Notes: generated by a model from the sequence alone, not told the origin. Counted from the stretch's first letter, positions 20,731 through 31,481 are shown. The stretch: DNA of 64,000 bases from an uncultured delta proteobacterium (GCA_963808235.1 CAWEEQ010000004.1:672001-736000); one strand, 5' to 3'. A program made the numbers and translations.

Positions 20731-21720
20731 ATGGCAGAAAGACCTCCACTCAGATTTGGAATACTTGGTGCGGCGCGGATCGCGCCTGAGGCGCTTGTCA
20801 AACCGGCGCAGAAGTCGGCGGATGCGGAGGTCGCGGCGATTGCAGCGCGCGATCCTGCTCGTGCGCGCGAATTCGCCGCCACGCATAACATCCCGCGAGT
20901 ACACGCGAGCTATGCGGACCTAATCAGCGACCCCGAGCTCGACGTCATCTACAATCCGCTGCCCAACTCGCTTCATTGCGAGTGGACGATGGCCGCGCTC
21001 AGAGCGGGGAAGCACGTGCTGTGCGAGAAGCCGATTGCCTCCAACGCGGCCGAAGCGGAGCAGATGGCGAAGGTGGCGGAAACAACCGGGTTGATCCTGG
21101 GCGAGGCGTTCCACTACCGCTATCATCCGCTGGCGGATCGCGTGCGCGAGATCCTCGCGAGCGGTACGCTGGGCCGGGTCCGACACGTCGAAGGAAATTT
21201 CTCGGTTCCAATCCCCGAAAAGAACATCCGCTTCGATTGGAGTCTTGCCGGCGGCGCCACGATGGATTTGGGATGCTACCCGCTCCATATGATTCGCAAC
21301 TTTTCCGGTTTGACCACCAAAGTGATTCGAGCCAAAGCGGAAACCGGACCGAAGAATATCGACATCGCGATGGAAGTGGAGCTCGAGCTCGCGGGCGGAG
21401 TAAGCGCCAGGATGACCTGCTCGATGAAGAAGGATGCGCAGCTTGGTGCGTCGTTCAACGTGCGCGGTGAGATGGGTGAATTGAGAGTGACGAACCCGGT
21501 CGGGCCACATTGGGGAAATCAGTTGACGGTCAAGACCGGCGCAAGTGAGAAGACTGAATCAGTGCCGGGAGACACGACCTTCACATATCAGTTGAGTGCG
21601 TTTGTGAAGGCGGTTCGCGCAGAGGCGAAGTTTCCGACCGATGGCGCTGAAGGGATCGTCAACATGGGCTTGATCGACGACGTGTATCGAGCGGCCGGAC
21701 TTCCGCCGCGCGGAAGCTGA
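20731..21720 (+). CDS. Gfo/Idh/MocA-family oxidoreductase
   Basis: FGILGAARIA, YNPLPNSLH, KHVLCEKP, GGATMDLGCYP. Confidence 0.95.
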   Translation: MAERPPLRFGILGAARIAPEALVKPAQKSADAEVAAIAARDPARAREFAATHNIPRVHASYADLISDPELDVIYNPLPNSLHCEWTMAALRAGKHVLCEKPIASNAAEAEQMAKVAETTGLILGEAFHYRYHPLADRVREILASGTLGRVRHVEGNFSVPIPEKNIRFDWSLAGGATMDLGCYPLHMIRNFSGLTTKVIRAKAETGPKNIDIAMEVELELAGGVSARMTCSMKKDAQLGASFNVRGEMGELRVTNPVGPHWGNQLTVKTGASEKTESVPGDTTFTYQLSAFVKAVRAEAKFPTDGAEGIVNMGLIDDVYRAAGLPPRGS

Positions 21721-21751
21721 ACGAATCGAGCTTACGCTTCGGAGAAATAAA

Positions 21752-22636
21752 ATGATTACCGAACAACTGAAGAATGTAATCGACAGAATCAAGTCTCAGC
21801 CGCAGAATCCGAACGCGCCGATCGCGAATCGTCGCGCCGGGATGGAACGGATCAGCGAGCATGTTGCGCGCGACGTGACCTGCGAGCCCGTCGACGCGGG
21901 CGGCGTGCATGCGGAATGGATCGCGACGCCCGGCGCGGCAGCGGACCGCGTGATTCTGTACTTGCACGGCGGCGGATACGTAATCGGTTCGATCAACACG
22001 CATCGAGCAATGATCGCGAGAATCGCGCGGGCGTCGAATGCGCGCGCGCTCGCAATCGACTACCGGCTCGCGCCGGAGCATCCGTTTCCCGCCGCGGTCG
22101 AGGACAGTGTCGCCGCGTACAAATGGCTCCTCGCGCAGGGTTACAAGCCCGCAAAGATCGTAATCGCCGGTGATTCCGCCGGCGGGGGATTGGCGCTGGC
22201 GACGTTGGTGGCGCTGCGCGATTCCGGGCAGCCGATGCCGGCCGCTGCGGTCCCGATATCTCCGTGGACCGATCTCGAAGGCACTGGAGATTCGGTGCGC
22301 AGCAAAGCCGCGAAAGATCCGATGGTGCAGCAGGACAACCTTGCGGGGTCAGCGAAGCAATACATCGGCAACGCGGATCCAAAGAATCCCCTGATCTCGC
22401 CGCTGCACGCCGACTATCGCGGGCTACCGCCGATGCTCATCCACGTCGGAGAGGCGGAGATTCTGCTCGACGATGCGACCCGGGTCGCCGAACGCGCGAA
22501 GAAGGCCGGGGTGAACGTCGAACTCGAGGTCTGGGACGACATGATTCATGTCTGGCACGTGTTTGCGAAGTTGCTGCCAGAGGGCCAGCAGGCGATCGAC
22601 AAGATTGGAAAGTTCGTGATCGCGCGAACTTCGTAA
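21752..22636 (+). CDS. HSL-family alpha/beta hydrolase (acetyl esterase/lipase)
   Basis: LHGGGY, DYRLAPEHPFPA, GDSAGG, MIHVW. Confidence 0.95.
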   Translation: MITEQLKNVIDRIKSQPQNPNAPIANRRAGMERISEHVARDVTCEPVDAGGVHAEWIATPGAAADRVILYLHGGGYVIGSINTHRAMIARIARASNARALAIDYRLAPEHPFPAAVEDSVAAYKWLLAQGYKPAKIVIAGDSAGGGLALATLVALRDSGQPMPAAAVPISPWTDLEGTGDSVRSKAAKDPMVQQDNLAGSAKQYIGNADPKNPLISPLHADYRGLPPMLIHVGEAEILLDDATRVAERAKKAGVNVELEVWDDMIHVWHVFAKLLPEGQQAIDKIGKFVIARTS

Positions 22637-22644
22637 GTCGCCCG

Positions 22645-23589
22645 TCAACTCGCGAGTGCGTTGTAATGCACGTCGGTGAGTTGCTCGGAGACCTCCCACA
22701 GCCGCTTTGCCGACGCGGCGTCACTGGCAGCCGCGCTGCGTCCGACTTTTGCAGGGTGCCCCCGAAACTCGCCCATCCCGTCGGGGCCGATGTAGTCGTT
22801 GCCGGCGACGGCGGGCGACGTGGCGGCATACTCGGTCGGCAACGCACCCATCGCAGCGCTTTGCGCGAGCAGTCTATTACCGAGCTCGGAAAGATATTCC
22901 ATCGTCGACGATCCCGACATCTTCGGTCCCACGGCCTGCAGATTGGTGGCCGCGTATCCGGGATGGCATGCGACGCTCAAGAATTTCTTCCCGGCTGAAT
23001 CGGCTTTTCGCTGCAGCTCCGAGGTGAACAACAGGTTGGCAAGCTTGCTCTGCCCGTAAGCTCTCCACTTGCCGTAGCCGTTCTTCAATTGCAGGTCGTC
23101 GAAGTGCATCCGGCCCATCCGATGCGCGCCGCTGGCTACATTGACCACTCGCGCGCCATCGGTCGCGAGGAGCAGATCGAGCAGCAGGCCCGTGAGCGCG
23201 AAGTGACCTAGATGATTGGTGCCGAACTGCATCTCGAACCCGTCAGTGGTGAGCCGATACGGGATCGCCATGACGCCGGCGTTGTTGCATAGCACGTGCA
23301 GCGCGTGATGCTGCACGTGGAATGCGTCGGAGAAAGCGCGAATCGATGCGAGGCTCGAAAGATCGAGCGCCATCACCTCGACGTCGGCGCTGGCTGACGA
23401 TGCGGTTATCCGATCGGCCGCGGTGCGCGCCTTTCCGAGGTCGCGACAGGCGAGGATTACCTTAGCCCGCTTGCGCGCGAACTCGAGTGCAGCCTCGTAG
23501 CCGATACCACTATTGCCGCCGGTTACGACTATCGTCTTGCCGGACAGATCCGGGATGTCATCGCTGGTCCAGGCGTTCTGATTGGGCAT
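22645..23589 (-). CDS. SDR oxidoreductase (retinol dehydrogenase-like)
   Basis: TGGNSGIG, NNAGVM, FGTNHLGHF, YGQSK. Confidence 0.95.
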   Translation of the reverse strand: MPNQNAWTSDDIPDLSGKTIVVTGGNSGIGYEAALEFARKRAKVILACRDLGKARTAADRITASSASADVEVMALDLSSLASIRAFSDAFHVQHHALHVLCNNAGVMAIPYRLTTDGFEMQFGTNHLGHFALTGLLLDLLLATDGARVVNVASGAHRMGRMHFDDLQLKNGYGKWRAYGQSKLANLLFTSELQRKADSAGKKFLSVACHPGYAATNLQAVGPKMSGSSTMEYLSELGNRLLAQSAAMGALPTEYAATSPAVAGNDYIGPDGMGEFRGHPAKVGRSAAASDAASAKRLWEVSEQLTDVHYNALAS

Positions 23590-23682
23590 GTGCGCGTTCC
23601 CCTCGGCGCGAGTATACGAGTGCTACCGCACGATCACCAAGCGGGTGTAAATTGCCGCCAGATCAAACCTCGGAGAAAGACG

Positions 23683-24495
23683 ATGGCTCAGTACGTCACA
23701 GTCGAGCGCCCGCGCGAAGGCGTTGCGCTGATCACGATGGCCAATCCGGCGATCAACAATCACGTATCGTGGAAAGGAGTCGGCGAGCTTGCCGCCGCGA
23801 TGAAGGAAGCGCGCGAAAACGGCGCGCGGGTGACGGTTCTGGCGTCCGGAGTCGCTGGGCATTGGTTCGAGCATGCATGGCTGCAAGATCTTGCCCACGC
23901 AATCGAAGGCAAGCCTACGACCGGCGAAGGCGCGTCATGGTTTAACGCGCTGCATGAGATAGGCGGGACCCAGGTCGTGAGTATCGCAGCAATTTCGGGA
24001 GACTGTTCGGGCGGCGGCGCCGAACTTGGATGGGCGTGCGACCTTCGTATCGCGGAGGAGCAGGCGCTGTTCGCGCAGCCCGAGATTCAGATCGCGCTGA
24101 CCACGGGAATCGGCGGCACCAGCCGTCTCGCGCGATTGATCGGACGCAGCGCGGCCGCGGAGATGGTGATGCTTGGGCGCCCGATGACGGCGCGGCGCAT
24201 CTACGAGCTCGGCGGAGTGAACGAAGTTGTGCCAGCAGGCAAGGCGGTCGAAGTCGCGCTGGAGTGGGCGGGCACGCTCGCCGGACGTCCGCCGAAAGCG
24301 CTCGCGGCGCTGAAGCAAATTCTGATCGACAACGATGACATGAAGATGAGCGACGCGCTGACCAATGAGCAGCGGTTGTTCCAGTCGGTGGCAAACACTC
24401 CGGAAGCGATTCAGACGATGCGCATGATACAGGGGCGCTTCGATGCCGGCGAGAGCATCCGCAAAGTCTACGGACTGCCGCGCGGCGCAAAGTAG
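23683..24495 (+). CDS. Enoyl-CoA hydratase/isomerase family protein
   Basis: GGGAELGWACDLRIA, FAQPEIQI, LARLIG. GGAG RBS before ATG 23683. Confidence 0.88.
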   Translation: MAQYVTVERPREGVALITMANPAINNHVSWKGVGELAAAMKEARENGARVTVLASGVAGHWFEHAWLQDLAHAIEGKPTTGEGASWFNALHEIGGTQVVSIAAISGDCSGGGAELGWACDLRIAEEQALFAQPEIQIALTTGIGGTSRLARLIGRSAAAEMVMLGRPMTARRIYELGGVNEVVPAGKAVEVALEWAGTLAGRPPKALAALKQILIDNDDMKMSDALTNEQRLFQSVANTPEAIQTMRMIQGRFDAGESIRKVYGLPRGAK

Positions 24496-24562
24496 TTGGC
24501 CGTAACTTTTTCGCACCGCGTCGGTTTTAGTGGCACGGAGGTAACGCCAGCATCGCGGACTC

Positions 24563-25840
24563 ATGAGCGAATCGAAACAGACCGCGGCTCCACGCCGCGC
24601 CGCACTGATCTTTATCTTCGTCACGGTCGTGCTGGACATGCTGGCGCTCGGAATGATCGTGCCGGTGCTGCCGAAGCTGGTCGAGGATTTTGTCGGCGGC
24701 AACACCGCTCGCGCGGCGGAGATATATGGATTGTTCGCCACCGTCTGGGCGCTGATGCAGTTCATTTTCTCGCCGGTACTTGGCGCGCTGTCCGATCGCT
24801 ACGGGCGCCGGCCGGTCATCCTGCTCTCAAATTTCGGACTCGGCCTCGACTACCTGGTAATGGCGTTGGCGCCGAGCGTCGGTTGGCTGTTCGTCGGGCG
24901 TGTGATCTCCGGAATCACCGCGGCCAGCTTCTCGACCGCATACGCATACATCACCGACGTGACGGTGCCGGAAAAACGCGCCGCGAGTTTCGGGATGCTG
25001 AGCGCGGCCTTCGGACTGGGCTTCGTACTCGGCCCGGCGATCGGCGGAGTGCTGGGTAACATTGATCCTCGGCTGCCGTTCTGGGTCGCCGCGGGATTCA
25101 GCCTGGTGAATTACATGTACGGCCTGCTGGTGCTGCCCGAGTCTTTGCCGCTCGAGCGGCGCGAGCGCTTTTCGTGGCGGCGCGCGAACCCAATCGGCTC
25201 GATTACGCTGTTGCGATCGCATCGCGAGCTATTTGGTCTCGCAATCGTAAATTTCATCGGCAATATCGCGCACGAAGCGCTGCCGACGACGTTCGTGCTC
25301 TATGCCATGTATCGCTACGGATGGAACGAGCGCACGGTGGGGCTCGCGATCGCAGCGGTCGGCGTGTGCTCCGCCGTGGTCGGCGCCGGTCTCGTGGAAC
25401 CGTTCGTTGCGCGCCTCGGCGAGCGCCGCGTTATGCTCATCGGACTAGTGTTCGGCATCGTCGGGTTCACACTCTATGGATTCGCATCGACGAGCGCTCT
25501 GTTCTGGGCAGCTCTTCCGGTGAATGCGCTGTGGGGACTCTCCAGTCCGCCGATGCAGGGCATGATGACGCGGCGCGTGAGTTCGTCAGAGCAGGGACAG
25601 CTTCAGGGCGCGCTCAGCAGTCTGCGCGGCATCGCGTTCATGATCGGACCGTTGCTATTCACGACCGTCTTCGCGAGCTTCATCGGTGCGAATCGCGACT
25701 GGCATCTTCCCGGCGCCCCCTATCTGCTTGCGGCACTCCTGCTTGCGGGCGCGATGTGCGTGGCGTGGCAGGTCACTCGTCCGCGCTTGAGCGCGCCGGA
25801 GCCCGCACTTACACCGGCCGTGGCAGATTCGAGCAACTAG
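24563..25840 (+). CDS. TCR/Tet-family MFS transporter
   Basis: About 12 TM segments. Motif A GALSDRYGRRPV, GRVISGITAAS, motif C GFVLGPAIGG. Confidence 0.92.
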   Translation: MSESKQTAAPRRAALIFIFVTVVLDMLALGMIVPVLPKLVEDFVGGNTARAAEIYGLFATVWALMQFIFSPVLGALSDRYGRRPVILLSNFGLGLDYLVMALAPSVGWLFVGRVISGITAASFSTAYAYITDVTVPEKRAASFGMLSAAFGLGFVLGPAIGGVLGNIDPRLPFWVAAGFSLVNYMYGLLVLPESLPLERRERFSWRRANPIGSITLLRSHRELFGLAIVNFIGNIAHEALPTTFVLYAMYRYGWNERTVGLAIAAVGVCSAVVGAGLVEPFVARLGERRVMLIGLVFGIVGFTLYGFASTSALFWAALPVNALWGLSSPPMQGMMTRRVSSSEQGQLQGALSSLRGIAFMIGPLLFTTVFASFIGANRDWHLPGAPYLLAALLLAGAMCVAWQVTRPRLSAPEPALTPAVADSSN

Positions 25841-25918
25841 CAGATGGCAATGATCGGACTTCTCGGATAAAGTGCGGAAGCATGAATTTTCGTTCGGCAT
25901 TTTTCGGGGGAGTTGCAA

Positions 25919-28900
25919 ATGGCGTCAGGGCGGGGGTCCGTAGTTTTCGCACAGAATTGGCTTAGGGCTTTACTTCCAATCGTTGTAGCCGCGTTTTTGC
26001 TCGCGGTACCATTCGTAGAACAGATATCGGCGGATAACTCGTTCGCCGCGGAGCCGCCTGCAGCCGATATCGATACCTGCGCAGGCGGAGTCCTGACGCC
26101 GGCGAAGATGCCACCAATAGGCGCCGTCAAAGACCTGGAAGTGACCGGTGATTGCGAGGTGCCGGCCGGCAACTACTATTACGGCAACGTAAATATCTAC
26201 GTTAAGAACAGCGGCGTCGGAAATCTGAGCTTCGACGATGCGACGACTAACTTCTGGGCCAATTCGATCCTGGTCGAAAATGGAGGGACGTTAAGAGCCG
26301 GTATATCGAAAGATGGCGCCACCATCACACCAATCGGCACCAATGGAGTACTGACGATCCATCTCTATGGAGCGGAAGACAAAGACCCCAGGCATGGAGT
26401 GGGAATCCTCTGCAAAGAGGGTTCGATGTGCGGCGTTGACCCAACCACATGGAAGTCGAACATCGGCAACACCGATACGAAAAAGTGCACGGTGACGAAG
26501 AAGCTGCCCGGTGGAGTCGACGATTGTTTTTACGCCTACAAGTCATTGAACTTTGACGATGGAGATACCAACGCCTACTTCGGATACAAGGTCCTGGCGG
26601 TCTCCTTTGGCGGCTCACTGAGACTATTTGGCAAGAAAGGCGCGTCGTACGACACGATCACGAATAACGATCCTTCTAACTCCGGCACCAGCTGGGTACG
26701 CCTGGCGGCAAATCTGCAAGGCGGCGGCAAAGATACCTCGATCACGCTGGATAGAGCGGTAGATTGGAAAGACGGCGATCAGATCGTGATCATGAGCACC
26801 GACTACATGCCCGGACATGCCGAGCTGCTAACGCTCGATGGAGATGCAAACGGAAACACCATCAAAGTCAAAGCGCCCGGGGTCCAGTATGCCCATCAGG
26901 GCATGAGGTTCCCGTTGTTGTCGAGAGATCCGAAAATTCCCGATCGCCTGGGACTAGACCCTAACCTGGTAACCAATGGAATTGAGAACCGGGCTGCCGT
27001 AGGGCTGCTATCGCGAAGCATCAAAATTGTCTCGGGCGGCAACGGTCCGAACGTTGATTTCCCCGGTTTGCCCAGCACCTATTCCTTTGGCGGTCATACC
27101 ATCGTTCGCCAGGGGTTCAGGAACTACCAGGTGCAAGGGGTGGAGTTCTCTCAACTGGGAGAAGGCGGAAAGATCGGACACTATCCGGTGCACTTTCACC
27201 TGGCCCGCAAGACAGCGCGGACGGATCCTACGCAGAACGCCTTCGTCAAGGATTGCTCGATCTGGGATTCGATGACGCGATGGATCGTGATTCACGGAAC
27301 CCAGGACATTACGCTGGCGCGCAACGTCGGGTACGAGTCGATCGGACACGGCTACTATCTCGAGGACGCGTCCGAAATCAACAACAAGCTCTATTCCAAC
27401 TTGGGGATACTCGCGCGTGCCGCCGTGGACAACGTGCAGAATCCACGTAAGGTCCCCGGCATCCTCGCAGCGGATTTTCCTCCGGTAAACGGCATTGCTC
27501 CGGAAAGGCGCATACGGCAGGAATTCGTCCCCTACCATTCCGACATCGATCATCCGAGCGTGTTCTGGATGACCAACGGATGGAACGATTTCGAATACAA
27601 CGTGGCCTCGGGGGCCGGCACCTGCGGTGTTTGCTATTGGCTGGTGCCGGCATGGAACAGCGGTCCGTCGAGCAAGATGGCATGGCAGTCTTACGCGGCA
27701 GAGCAGCGCGAATCCGATCGAGTAGCCACATCGCCGCTGCAGAAGTTCCTGGGCAATTCGTGCTCATCGGCGATGACCTCCTTTCAGACCATCGGAGACT
27801 CATCGGCATGTCTCGGAGTGGTCAACAATGACGACCCGCAGAATCTCTTCCCGGTCATGCCGAGCCTCCACAATGACTTCGCAAAGCAACTGCCCAAGTC
27901 CCGCACCGATAAGGATTTCGATCTGACTAAGGCAGAAATCGCCGACCTCGCGACCTACTATCCCAATGTCAGCGCGGGCGGAGGACGGTTCGCAACCAAA
28001 TGTCCGGATGTTGACCCAACCAAACCCTTTGATCCCAAAACAGATTGTGGCGACAGGATAACGGTCAAAGCGTGCAGTCAATCAGACGAGTCGAACTGCA
28101 TGCCCACCGTTCTGGATCACTACACCTCATCGTTCAACTGGGCTCACTTCAACCTCGCGGCTATCTGGCTCCGGCCGCAGTGGTCGCTTGTGATCAACAG
28201 CGCGATTACCGACGTACAGGGCGGGGGTCTCTCGTTCGTAACCGGCGGCGGTTACACCCACTCCGATGAGATACCTGGCTACTGGGGGCTGGCGCTGAAG
28301 AATATTTTTGTCGGCGCGACACAGCCGAGCAACCCGTACGCGTTCGCTGGCGGGCCGTTCAACCCGAAGACTGCCGCGATGATGCCTCCATTCAAAATAA
28401 GCTGCGCGGCGCAGACCAACAACGGCTTCGTCGGGAACTACTGTCTGGATACGGATCAGGGCGTCAGCTTCCCGATCACCTCCTTTGGCGGCAATCAGCG
28501 TTTCTTCAACATCTACGACGGTCCGTCCTATCAAGACTCGAACGCTTACCTGGACATCAAGAAGACGACCGGTCTCGACTGCACATCAGGACCCGGGGGA
28601 TGTTTCGGCAGCCAGTGGCCGAATGCGCGCGGGCTCGGCACTCCGCAAGACAATACGATTTCGGGAACCGACAACTGCTATCTACCCAACGCGGCCATCG
28701 CGTGGAAGCAGCCAAACGGATTCTACTATCCGCCGGCGTTCCATTCGAAGAATCTGTTTTTCGACAATGTAGATATTCGCCATTTTGTGATTGAGCCGTT
28801 ATTCAAGCCGGGCACTTTCGACACCGACGATAGTGCTGTCACGACGCACTACTGTACGGGCGCCCCCGGCATGTTCATCGATTTTACCGATGTCGATCGG

Positions 28901-30061
28901 CAGACCGAACTCGACGACGACGACGGCTCGCTGACCGGCCTGGCGCAGACCATATCGGTCAATCTGGATCCATTCTTCACGGCACCGGTCGAGACGGTGG
29001 AATGTCAGTCCGGACCGTTCCTCGAAAAACCTGCTGCTCCCACACTGCCGCCCGGAACGGCGAAGACCAGTCCTTACGAGTACGTTACCACCGCGATATA
29101 TCCAAAGTGCTTTGCCAGTGACCCTGGCAGCGACAAATGCAATAAAATTCTCGAGGGCTCCGATCCACCTACCATCGATCCAACTACCATATGGAGAAAG
29201 GAGTGCTCTAACTCGGTCTGTTATGGCGTGCCGCTTTACAGGCAGTACCTGACCAATCAGGAAAAGAACGGACCTCCGATGCCCGCAGCGCTACCGACGC
29301 CGAGTATCAAAATGATGGGGCAGGACCAGGCCCAACGGAGCAGCCTTACGGTCAACAACGCTACGTACTACATTGATACGACAATGACCGCGGCAGACCA
29401 GGTTGCGGCGCCACGCGCGATTGCATCAAATGTCTTCCGGAAAAATCAGACCTATTATCTATATTTGCTATTCGCCAAGCCCAACACGAAGCAGACCTAC
29501 CAGTTGTATGTGGGGCAGGATCCCGATTGGAAACCAGACGCGAATGTTCAATTGGTTCGCGCCGAGTTTCCTGATTTTCCGTACCACTTTAAGAAAGGTA
29601 CCTGGCCCGCACAGTGGAACCGCGATGGCTACGATCCGGGCACGGGCATTGAGACTATAACCATAGACATGAACGGCTACGCCGACTTCTTGACTGATTT
29701 CAATAAGTCGAAAGTAAATGAGTGCGCGCCGGTAAGCTACTGTGCACCAACCGGGACGAATAACGCGTGCACTTGCCAGTTGGCTAAGGATCCAAAAAAT
29801 CCGCAACAGTTCATAGACTGCCAGTCGGTTTGCACCAACTGGGCGAACAAGGACGTTGAGTGCCCGAACGGCCAATGCTTTGGCTTCGCGGTTACACTAT
29901 CCGATAAGTTCGAGCCTATTCCGAAGGCGCAGCCTCGTCCTCAGCCGACTCCAGGGTGTTTTCCGAATAACATCTTCAACATTCCCGTGACGCCGGCCTC
30001 AGACGACCTCGCCGGGACCTGTGCCAATCCGCTTCTTCCAATCACTCAGCTATGCAATTGA
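25919..30061 (+). CDS. Large exported G8-domain / PbH1 beta-helix protein (CEMIP/TMEM2-like), Cys-rich
   Basis: Signal/TM segment, G8-like ILVENGGTLRAG...KVLAVSFGGSLRLFG, AAVGLLSRSIKI, GVEFSQLG, GHYPVHFH, RWIVIHGT...NVGYESIGHGYYLEDASEINNKLYSNLG, SVFWMTN. More than 30 Cys. Confidence 0.85.
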   Translation: MASGRGSVVFAQNWLRALLPIVVAAFLLAVPFVEQISADNSFAAEPPAADIDTCAGGVLTPAKMPPIGAVKDLEVTGDCEVPAGNYYYGNVNIYVKNSGVGNLSFDDATTNFWANSILVENGGTLRAGISKDGATITPIGTNGVLTIHLYGAEDKDPRHGVGILCKEGSMCGVDPTTWKSNIGNTDTKKCTVTKKLPGGVDDCFYAYKSLNFDDGDTNAYFGYKVLAVSFGGSLRLFGKKGASYDTITNNDPSNSGTSWVRLAANLQGGGKDTSITLDRAVDWKDGDQIVIMSTDYMPGHAELLTLDGDANGNTIKVKAPGVQYAHQGMRFPLLSRDPKIPDRLGLDPNLVTNGIENRAAVGLLSRSIKIVSGGNGPNVDFPGLPSTYSFGGHTIVRQGFRNYQVQGVEFSQLGEGGKIGHYPVHFHLARKTARTDPTQNAFVKDCSIWDSMTRWIVIHGTQDITLARNVGYESIGHGYYLEDASEINNKLYSNLGILARAAVDNVQNPRKVPGILAADFPPVNGIAPERRIRQEFVPYHSDIDHPSVFWMTNGWNDFEYNVASGAGTCGVCYWLVPAWNSGPSSKMAWQSYAAEQRESDRVATSPLQKFLGNSCSSAMTSFQTIGDSSACLGVVNNDDPQNLFPVMPSLHNDFAKQLPKSRTDKDFDLTKAEIADLATYYPNVSAGGGRFATKCPDVDPTKPFDPKTDCGDRITVKACSQSDESNCMPTVLDHYTSSFNWAHFNLAAIWLRPQWSLVINSAITDVQGGGLSFVTGGGYTHSDEIPGYWGLALKNIFVGATQPSNPYAFAGGPFNPKTAAMMPPFKISCAAQTNNGFVGNYCLDTDQGVSFPITSFGGNQRFFNIYDGPSYQDSNAYLDIKKTTGLDCTSGPGGCFGSQWPNARGLGTPQDNTISGTDNCYLPNAAIAWKQPNGFYYPPAFHSKNLFFDNVDIRHFVIEPLFKPGTFDTDDSAVTTHYCTGAPGMFIDFTDVDRQTELDDDDGSLTGLAQTISVNLDPFFTAPVETVECQSGPFLEKPAAPTLPPGTAKTSPYEYVTTAIYPKCFASDPGSDKCNKILEGSDPPTIDPTTIWRKECSNSVCYGVPLYRQYLTNQEKNGPPMPAALPTPSIKMMGQDQAQRSSLTVNNATYYIDTTMTAADQVAAPRAIASNVFRKNQTYYLYLLFAKPNTKQTYQLYVGQDPDWKPDANVQLVRAEFPDFPYHFKKGTWPAQWNRDGYDPGTGIETITIDMNGYADFLTDFNKSKVNECAPVSYCAPTGTNNACTCQLAKDPKNPQQFIDCQSVCTNWANKDVECPNGQCFGFAVTLSDKFEPIPKAQPRPQPTPGCFPNNIFNIPVTPASDDLAGTCANPLLPITQLCN

Positions 30062-30330
30062 GAACGAACACTAAAGGAGCGCTACTTGCGACTGCGGTTG
30101 CGATTGCATTCGTCGCGACCCCAGTCCGCGCCGAAGACTCCAAGTCGAAAGATCGGCCGGCTTTCGTCGCGTGTCTCGGCGCCAATACCTGCAAGGGACA
30201 AAGCGCCTGCAAGAGCTTCGACCACGATTGCCAGGCGATGAATTCATGCAAGGGCAAGGGCTTCATCATGACGACTGAAAAAGAATGCAAAGATAAAGGC
30301 GGCAAGATCATCGACGCCGAAGATATGTAG
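30052..30330 (+). CDS. BufA2-like bufferin precursor (Sec signal plus 6-Cys CxGxNxCKG repeats)
   Basis: Signal ...ALLATAVAIAFVATPVRA, then CLGANTCKGQSAC...CQAMNSCKGKGF...ECKDKGG. Start (ATG 30052 or TTG 30058) overlaps the G8 stop. Confidence 0.8.
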   Translation: MQLRTNTKGALLATAVAIAFVATPVRAEDSKSKDRPAFVACLGANTCKGQSACKSFDHDCQAMNSCKGKGFIMTTEKECKDKGGKIIDAEDM

Positions 30331-30449
30331 AAGATCTCGAAAAACGCCGCTCTCCCATCTCGCCGACATTGTCTTCTCGTCGAGCGTTAAGTCCCGCATT
30401 GCGATAGACTGAAACAATTCGGGCCCCGGCCTCAGCAGGAGCAAATAAC

Positions 30450-31469
30450 ATGCAGATGGGAATGATCGGTCTCGGCAGAATGGGTGCGAACATGGTGCGG
30501 CGCCTGGTCCGCGGCGGCCACCAATGCGTCGTGTTCGACGTGAGCCCCGATGCGGTGAAGCAACTGGCGAAGGAGGGCGCTACCGGCGCCGCGTCGCTGG
30601 ACGATTTCGCGGCCAAGCTCAACAAGCCGCGCGCCGCATGGATGATGGTGCCGGCGGCCGTAGTCGAGCAGACCGTCGCCGACCTGTCGAGCCGATTCGA
30701 GAAGGGCGACATCATCGTCGACGGAGGCAATTCGTACTACATCGACGATATCCGGCGCGCCGAAGCGCTCAGGGCCAAGGGGATCCATTACGTCGACTCG
30801 GGCACCAGCGGCGGAGTCTGGGGACTCGAGCGCGGCTACTGCCAGATGATCGGCGGCGAGACCGAGATCGTGAAGCATCTCGATCCGATCTTCGCAACGC
30901 TCGCGCCCCGGCTCGGACTCGGCGCCGCGCACTCCCGGTCGCGAAAAGGTCAAGGGCAGTACCGCCGAACACGGCTACCTGCACTGCGGACCTAACGGCG
31001 CGCGGCCATTTCGTGAAGATGGTCCACAACGGAATCGAGTACGGGATCATGGCGGCCTATGCCGAGGGGATGAACATCCTGCGCAATGCGAACGTCGGCA
31101 AGCAGACGCATGCCGCCGACGCGGAGACCACGCCGCTGCGCAATCCCGAGACTGTATCAGTACGATTTCAACTTGACCGACATTGCGGAGGTCTGGCGCC
31201 GCGGCAGCGTGATTGCGTCGTGGCTGCTCGATCTGACCGCCGACGCGCTGCTCGGGGATCCGGAACTGAAGAAGTTCGCTGGGCGGGTTTCCGATTCTGG
31301 CGAAGGCCGCTGGACGATTGACGCGGCTATCGACGAAGGAGTGCCGGCTCACGTGCTGACCGCGGCGCTTTACGAACGGTTCAGCTCGCGCGGCGCAGCC
31401 GACTTCGGCGACAAGCTGCTCTCGGCGATGCGCTACGAATTCGGCGGGCACATCGAGAAGAAAGCTTAA
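30450..31469 (+). CDS. gnd: Decarboxylating 6-phosphogluconate dehydrogenase (short type; three apparent +1 indels)
   Basis: [21 protein letters not shown]; [14 protein letters not shown]; [10 protein letters not shown]...AMRYEFGGH. These fall in different frames, with extra bases near 30907, 31002 and 31152. Confidence 0.92.
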
Positions 31470-31481
31470 GGGGTACTTGCG

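Noticed and set aside
24563-25840. tetA tetracycline resistance gene
   Set aside because: Family-level MFS motifs only. No tetR or mobile context, and the substrate cannot be inferred.
2985-30330. A single copper-homeostasis island linking the DUF2946 leader and the bufferin-like peptide
   Set aside because: They are about 27 kb apart and separated by unrelated genes; no shared motif seen.
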